This document shows positions 48,916-54,677 of a stretch of 54,677 nt of DNA, one piece after another (position 1 is the first letter of the stretch; each line of letters starts with the position of its first letter). The notes beneath the pieces are model-generated. The model saw nothing but the letters and a program-made list of their open reading frames with translations. It did not search any database and was not told the origin of the DNA. A program made the position numbers and the translations under genes. Source of the stretch: Girardia tigrina (taxonomy: Eukaryota); the NCBI GenBank assembly GCA_001938485.1, contig MQRK01216544.1:28637-83313 (forward strand), written 5' to 3'.

Positions 48916-51379
48916 TGGTTATTTCATTCTGCTTGCTAATGGCTGTCAAAGATATGTGTACCTACTAAACTGATCTATGATTGCAACAATATACTTTTTT
49001 CTTCTCCAAGTTTCCTTTAGTGGTCCACATATGTCTATGTACACTTTCTCAAATGGTTCGTAGCGGTCGTTAATGTTTTATTTTTTTGGCATGCTTCACA
49101 TTGTCCAATTACTTCTTTTATTATTTCATTCCGATTGATCATGTCATAATTTTCAGAGATGTATTTCGTTACTTTCTCTGCACCCGCGTGCGACAATAAC
49201 GTATGTATTTGTATAATCATTTCTTCTCTTTTTGATTTTGGTATCCAAATTTTCCCCATGTTTGTTCTTATTATGCGGTCTTCAATCGTAAGCTTTCTGT
49301 CTTTACCTGAACTTGGGTCTCTTTTAATTTCTTCTATTTCTTCTTGTTATTATTTGATATCTGCAATTTTCATAATTTCCATGGCTCTTTTGAATCTTTC
49401 CTCGTTTGTAACCTTACGTCCAAATTTAGGTTCTAAGTTACATACTTGATAAAATTGTTCGTTCACACCAGTTTCTTTCTTTTTCCAATGTAACTCGGTT
49501 CCAAACGCCATCTGAGTTCTATTCCTCCTAGTATATCTGGTTTTACGTCATTTACTACAATGAACGTTATATTTCTCCGTTTTTCTTTAAAATCTACGTT
49601 CACTTTAATTTTACCCATACAATCTAGTTGACTACTGTTCGCACAGTTTAATTTAATATCTGCATTTTCTAATTTTACGTTCGTTAGTTTCTCAAAAATC
49701 TTTCTGTGGATTACATTTACTCTTGCACCTGTGTCTAATAAACAATCCTCCACGTTCCCTAGTATCATCAACTTTACACTCGGCCTGCCTTGCATTCTAT
49801 CATACGATATATTTTCTGCTTTCCATTCATCTATTGACAACATCCTGACATTTTCTTCTGTGTTCTTTTCTTCAATTGTTCCCACTAAACTTCGTCCAAG
49901 CTTGTCCTCAAAAGTTTATTTCTTTATAAATTTCCGTACTTTATCATTTACTCTTGCTTCGCTTATCTCAACATTCCTTTCACCGTCTTCTTGAATGTTA
50001 TTCACAAATCTTCGATTATCTCCTCGTCTTATGTCTTCTCTATCTCTATATCTTTGTTGATTGTATTCCGATCCTCAATAGTTATTGTCCCCTGTATTTT
50101 GCTGTCTTCTTCTGCCATTTAAGTTTGTATAACATTCACTTTCACTGTGACCTTTATCTTGACCTCTTTTGCATTCGATGTTTGGACAGTTTCTTCTTAT
50201 GTGTCCCTGTTGTCCACCACCATAACATTTTATTGGTCTCCTTTCCGAACAATTTCTTATCACTTGTCCTTCTTTTCCACTTCCGAAACACTTGATTGGT
50301 TTTCTTTGTCTACACATTTCACTTGTGTGACCTACTTTTTCACAATTTCTACATTTGACCACTTTCATGCCTTGAGCGTATTCTGTAGTGTTTCTACCAA
50401 CTCCTGTCTGATTTTGTCCGTATTTACTGTCTCTTGTTACTGCTTCTCTGTAATTCCGGGGCTTTTTTGCATCCCCTGGTCTCTTACTACATTCACGTCT
50501 TCTGTCACACTTTTGACGTCATGTACTACCTTTATCTTTTTTTTATCTCATCTATTCCTTTTATTTTGTTAAGTCTGACTTCCTTTTTTATGTCCACATC
50601 ATCACAACAATGCAACAATAATGCTTCCGTTAGGGCCTCTTTTGACAAGTCATGTTTCAAGATCTTGGCTGCGAGCTTTTCTACTTTCTCAAAAAATACT
50701 TCCGGTATATCTTCCTTCATCCTGTACCAGCATGACTCAGTCAGGCCTTCGAATAGTGAGGAAGTTCGAGAGAATGCCTTTCTCAATCGATCTTTATAAC
50801 CTACTATTGTCTTATCTACCGCTTTGTATCGATCTTTCAGATCGCTCTCCAACAAACAAACGACTATTGTCTCTTGTTTGGCCTTCGCTATTCCTGCAAA
50901 ATTAAAGAATGTTTCACATTCTTCAATAAATGTCTCCACATTATCGCCTTTCCTGTACTTTCAGGTAACAGTTGACCCGTGAAGATATCCATTGCAGCGT
51001 TAGTCGCCATGTGAGAAGTGGTTTCAATATCAATATCAGAATTCATTTTTTAACACCAAAATTTATTACTATAACAACAATTCACATATTTAAATAAATT
51101 TTTCTGTTAATTTAATTACCTCGCCACAAATAAATCTATTAATTTTTTTTCAATTCAAGTTTTAAAATCTTGTAAATTTATTAAATAATTTTCACATTAA
51201 AACTAAAAATTTATTTAAAATTGTTTTATAACTTCTATTAAAATATATAAATTGTTATGACTGTAAAAATATTTTTATTTATAAATAAATATTTAATATT
51301 TAAAGGTTTTCTTATCATTTTTAATTTTAAGATATTTAATAGATACATTAAAAAGATATTTTTTATTTTTAAATAGATT

Positions 51380-51882
51380 ATTAAGAACATTTAAACAAGT
51401 CCCGTTTGAATTATTATTACAATCACATTTAGAGTCATTATGACTCTCATAAAGTCTTTCATCGTTTGCCATCCTTCTAATTGGTTTTCTTATTTCTAAC
51501 TTTAATCATGATTATTCGAACAATTTTTCTAATTTATTTTTTAAAATATTTAACCTCTAAAAAATATTAATTAAAAAATATTAATTTTTACCATTTCTCA
51601 ATAAATCCCAAAATAATCAAAATGTCATCAAATTATCAAAAATGCATTTAATTTAAATTTTACTAAAAATTATTAAACTTAATTTTAATTGTAAAATTAA
51701 AAAAATGAACTTATCAAATGATTATTTTAATTATGTTCGAATAGTCAATCACTTTAAATTTAAATTTAAAAATACCAATTTCCATCTGGGTGGGAGAATC
51801 ACCATTCTAAATTCAACATACTTAAATCAACATACAACATCCATACATTTACACATTCAAACAATTTAAAATATTCCTCACA
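51380..51882 (-). mobile_element. Solo-LTR-like sequence apparently nested in the 5' LTR of element A
   Basis: Starts TGTGAGGAAT on minus at 51882. Homologous pieces at ~22490-22975 and ~31478-31575. Confidence 0.55.
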
Positions 51883-52049
51883 TGGATATTTAATTTTTTT
51901 ATGATTTTCTTTATTATATCATTTTTAATTTTTAAAATATTTAATAAGCATATTAACATTAAAATATTTTACCTTTTAAATTAAAAAAAATAATAATTTA
52001 TTCTGGCGAGATGTAAATTTAAATTAACTCCTCATAGATGATGAGTACT

Positions 52050-52336
52050 TTTTCGAGAAGTAGTTACATTTTAAATTGCAATATAATATATTTAAAAATT
52101 CAAACTATTTAAAAGAAGTTATTAATTTTTTAAAGTAAAAATGTTAAAATAAATTTTTAAAACCAATTGAATAAAAGTTTATTTAAATAAAAATCATTAA
52201 AATAATTGTAAGAACTTTCCATTATAAAGAGAATTACACAAAATATTGCAAAATTTATTATTATTCAAATTTGTGCTAAAATACAATATTAAAACAAATC
52301 AGGAGTTTATAAAATTAATCTGGATCCAAATTACAA

Positions 52337-52371
<35 letters not shown>

Positions 52372-54677
52372 ATATGATAATTTAATATAAATAGTAATAT
52401 ATAGTTAATTTTCCTCACACCTCCCTTCTTTAAAAGGTTTTAGTCACTATATTTCGACATATCAATCTGCCTGTTTTATTTTCTAATTCTACACTCCGGT
52501 TGTGTATATTCCGAATAATCCGATATGGTCCTTCATATCGATCTGTTCCTTTTAATCTATTTTCAACTTTCAACAATACCAAATCCCCTTGTTTAAAACA
52601 TCGTTTCTGTACATATGTTTGAGGTTTTTTGTTTTCATTTGTTGTACTTCATCGATAATTTTTTTATTGTCAAGATCATAACGGCGCGATCTATCCAATA
52701 TTATCCGTTTTCCGAAAACAATTTCTGATGGGCTAAATTTTGTTGTACTCTGCTTAGAAGCATTAATACTAAATTCAATTTCCGGTAAGATATCAACCCA
52801 ATTTTTCCTATCGGTATCCTTCAATGTTGCATTTATGGCATCTCTAATAGTACGGAACTGACGTTCTATAATTCCATTAGCGCTGTGGTGATATGGGCTC
52901 GAAAATTGCAATTTGATTAACATTGATTTGGTAAAATCTGTAAAAGATCTTGATTCAAAAACTTTTCCTCGATCTACATGAATACATGCCGGAGCTCCAA
53001 ATTTTAATATCCACTGCCTCATAATCGTTTGGATTGTAGTTGTATCATCTTGAGTATTAACAGCTGTCAAACTTATATATCGACTGAATCTGTCTATGAT
53101 TCCCAAAATGTATTTCTTTCCATTTATTGCTGGCATTGGACCACAGAAGTCTACACATATATCATCAAAGGGTCGTTTTGATATTAGATTGATCGTTTCT
53201 TCTTTTGTTGATTTTGTGTATGTTTTTGATAATTTACAACTTATACAACTTCTTACTATTTGTTCAACTTGTTTTGAAATATCCTCCATAGTGTATTCAT
53301 TCATCAAGAAGGCATATGTTTTCTTGACTCCCGCATGACACAAAAATTTATGGAAAAATGTAATGCAATCATTTCTAGAGCTTTTTGGTATCCAAATTTT
53401 ATTGTCAACTGTTCTAATACATCCGTCTTTAAATGCAAAATCTTGTATTAATCCTTCTTTTATCCCGCTCATAATTCCACGAATTTCATCATTGTTCTGT
53501 TGCCACGGAATATGCAGTTCTTCTTCATCTAATACCAGCATTCGAGTTTGTTGCTTACTTATTTTAGCTTCTTCATGTTTTGTCATACATTGGGCACACA
53601 TAATAAATTCTTTCCTCGATAATGCGTCCGCATTTTGATGTAATTCACCTTTTCTGTATTCAAAAATCATGTCTAAGCTACTCAAGTAGTTCATCCAGTT
53701 CTGAAATTGTGATGTAATTGGCTTTTTTGACGTCATCATAAAAACAATCGCTTTGTGATCTGTTCTTAATTTAAAACGAGTCCCATACAAGAAATGTTTG
53801 AAATGTTGTGTGAAGTGGACGATTGCCAATAATTCTTTTCTAGTTATGCAATATCCTATTTCATGTTTCGACATTGCTTTAGATCCATAAGCATTAATTC
53901 GTTCTTCTACGTCGTCATTTACTTGGGATAAAACAGCTCCAATCGTATCGAAAGACGCATCCGTGTCCAAAACAAATGTCTTCGTGAAATCTGGATACAT
54001 TAGTACAGGTGCTCTCGTCAAAGACTCTCAACTTATTAAATGCTGCTGAATGTAAATCCGTCCAAAATAAAGTGTCTTTAGAAGTACTACTCATGGATTC
54101 CAAAGGTCTTGCTAATTTAGAATAATTTGAAATGAATTTCCTATAATAGTTGCATAAACCCAGGAAACTGCGAAGCTTTTTGACGCATTTTGGTTGTTGG
54201 AATTCCCAAATGGTTTTCATTTAATTTGGATCTGTTTTTATACCTTCTCTATTCACCACATGACCAAGGAAGTGTAGTTCATTTTGAAACAATTTACATT
54301 TCTCTGGGTTAATACGTAGACCTGCTTCTTGTACCTTTGAGAAAAACTTTTCCAATCTATCTAAATGTTCCGTTTCGGTTTTGGAGAATATCAGAATATC
54401 GTCCAAATATACTAACGCTTCTTTCCATAACATGTCTTTAAGAACATCATTCATGAACCGTTGGAAAGTTGCAGTTGCTGCAGCTATGCCAAATGGCATT
54501 CTTGTAAAACAGTACTGCCCCGTCTTCGTTGAGAATGCCATTTTTAATTTTGAAGAAGTTTCTAATTCCACTTGATAGTAAGCGTTTCCTAAGTCTATCG
54601 AACTGAACCATTTCATGCCGTTCAATAAATCCAGCATTTCATCAATATTTGGCATCGGAAATATTGGTCTCTCAGTA
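52050..54677 (-). mobile_element. Ty3/Gypsy element B: RT, RNase H, integrase, PPT and 3' LTR (continues beyond window)
   Basis: RMPFG and YLDDILIFS (RT); LDTDASF and ELLAIV (RNase H); HAG...CISC, DFCGP, VDRG, NGIIERQFRT (IN). PPT AAAGAAGGGAGG at 52420-52431, then LTR start TGTGAGG at 52419. A few stops and frameshifts (54221, ~54025, ~52575). Confidence 0.93.

Larger units (their letters stand above)
47630..52036 (-). mobile_element. Ty3/Gypsy element A: gag (zinc knuckles), protease, integrase; RT/RNase H deleted
   Basis: 5' LTR ~52036-51010 ending CTCACA, then PBS-like TGGCGACT (51009-51002). gag with CRNCEKVGHTSEMC, protease LLDTGARVNVI, integrase SHAG...CEAC, IHTDCG, NGIVERQFRT, YEGPY. 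Purine tract at ~47752-47761 and partial 3' LTR 47630-47750 matching 51910-52028. Confidence 0.9.

Noticed and set aside
49159-54575. Numerous plus-strand ORFs over the Gypsy elements
   Set aside because: Antisense shadows of gag/pol coding sequence with no motif support.

Overview
AT-rich eukaryotic (invertebrate-like, possibly planarian; taxon is an inference) nuclear DNA that is mostly transposon debris, with four N gaps plus one more in a MITE. Two host genes are recognisable. One is a solitary replication-type histone H2A (6565-6948, minus) with a 3' stem-loop. The other is a divergent branched-chain 2-oxoacid dehydrogenase E1-alpha (BCKDHA-like) gene on the plus strand: 7 exons found from 22061 to 45450, last exon not seen, with 40-53 nt micro-introns and 5-12 kb TE-filled introns. 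Mobile elements include several Tc1/mariner copies, a Tc4/Tc5-like element, a Buster-type hAT, Mutator-like elements with 9-bp TSDs, a Chapaev3 remnant, Penelope-like remnants (one with a minimal hammerhead ribozyme), a Ginger2-like integrase remnant, and Ty3/Gypsy elements and solo LTRs. An orphan 28S rDNA fragment lies in a BCKDHA intron. The least explained region is ~14.6-19.1 kb, a virus-like/Maverick-like module. It has one sharp 5'-AGTAG terminus, a GC-rich subterminal array of RFX X-boxes in exact 21-bp phase plus CCAAT boxes, unassigned compact ORFs and a GC-rich chimeric BTB cargo ORF. A second unassigned long ORF sits inside a Mutator-like element at 23.0-25.1 kb. All calls are by-eye motif recognition; no database searches were run.
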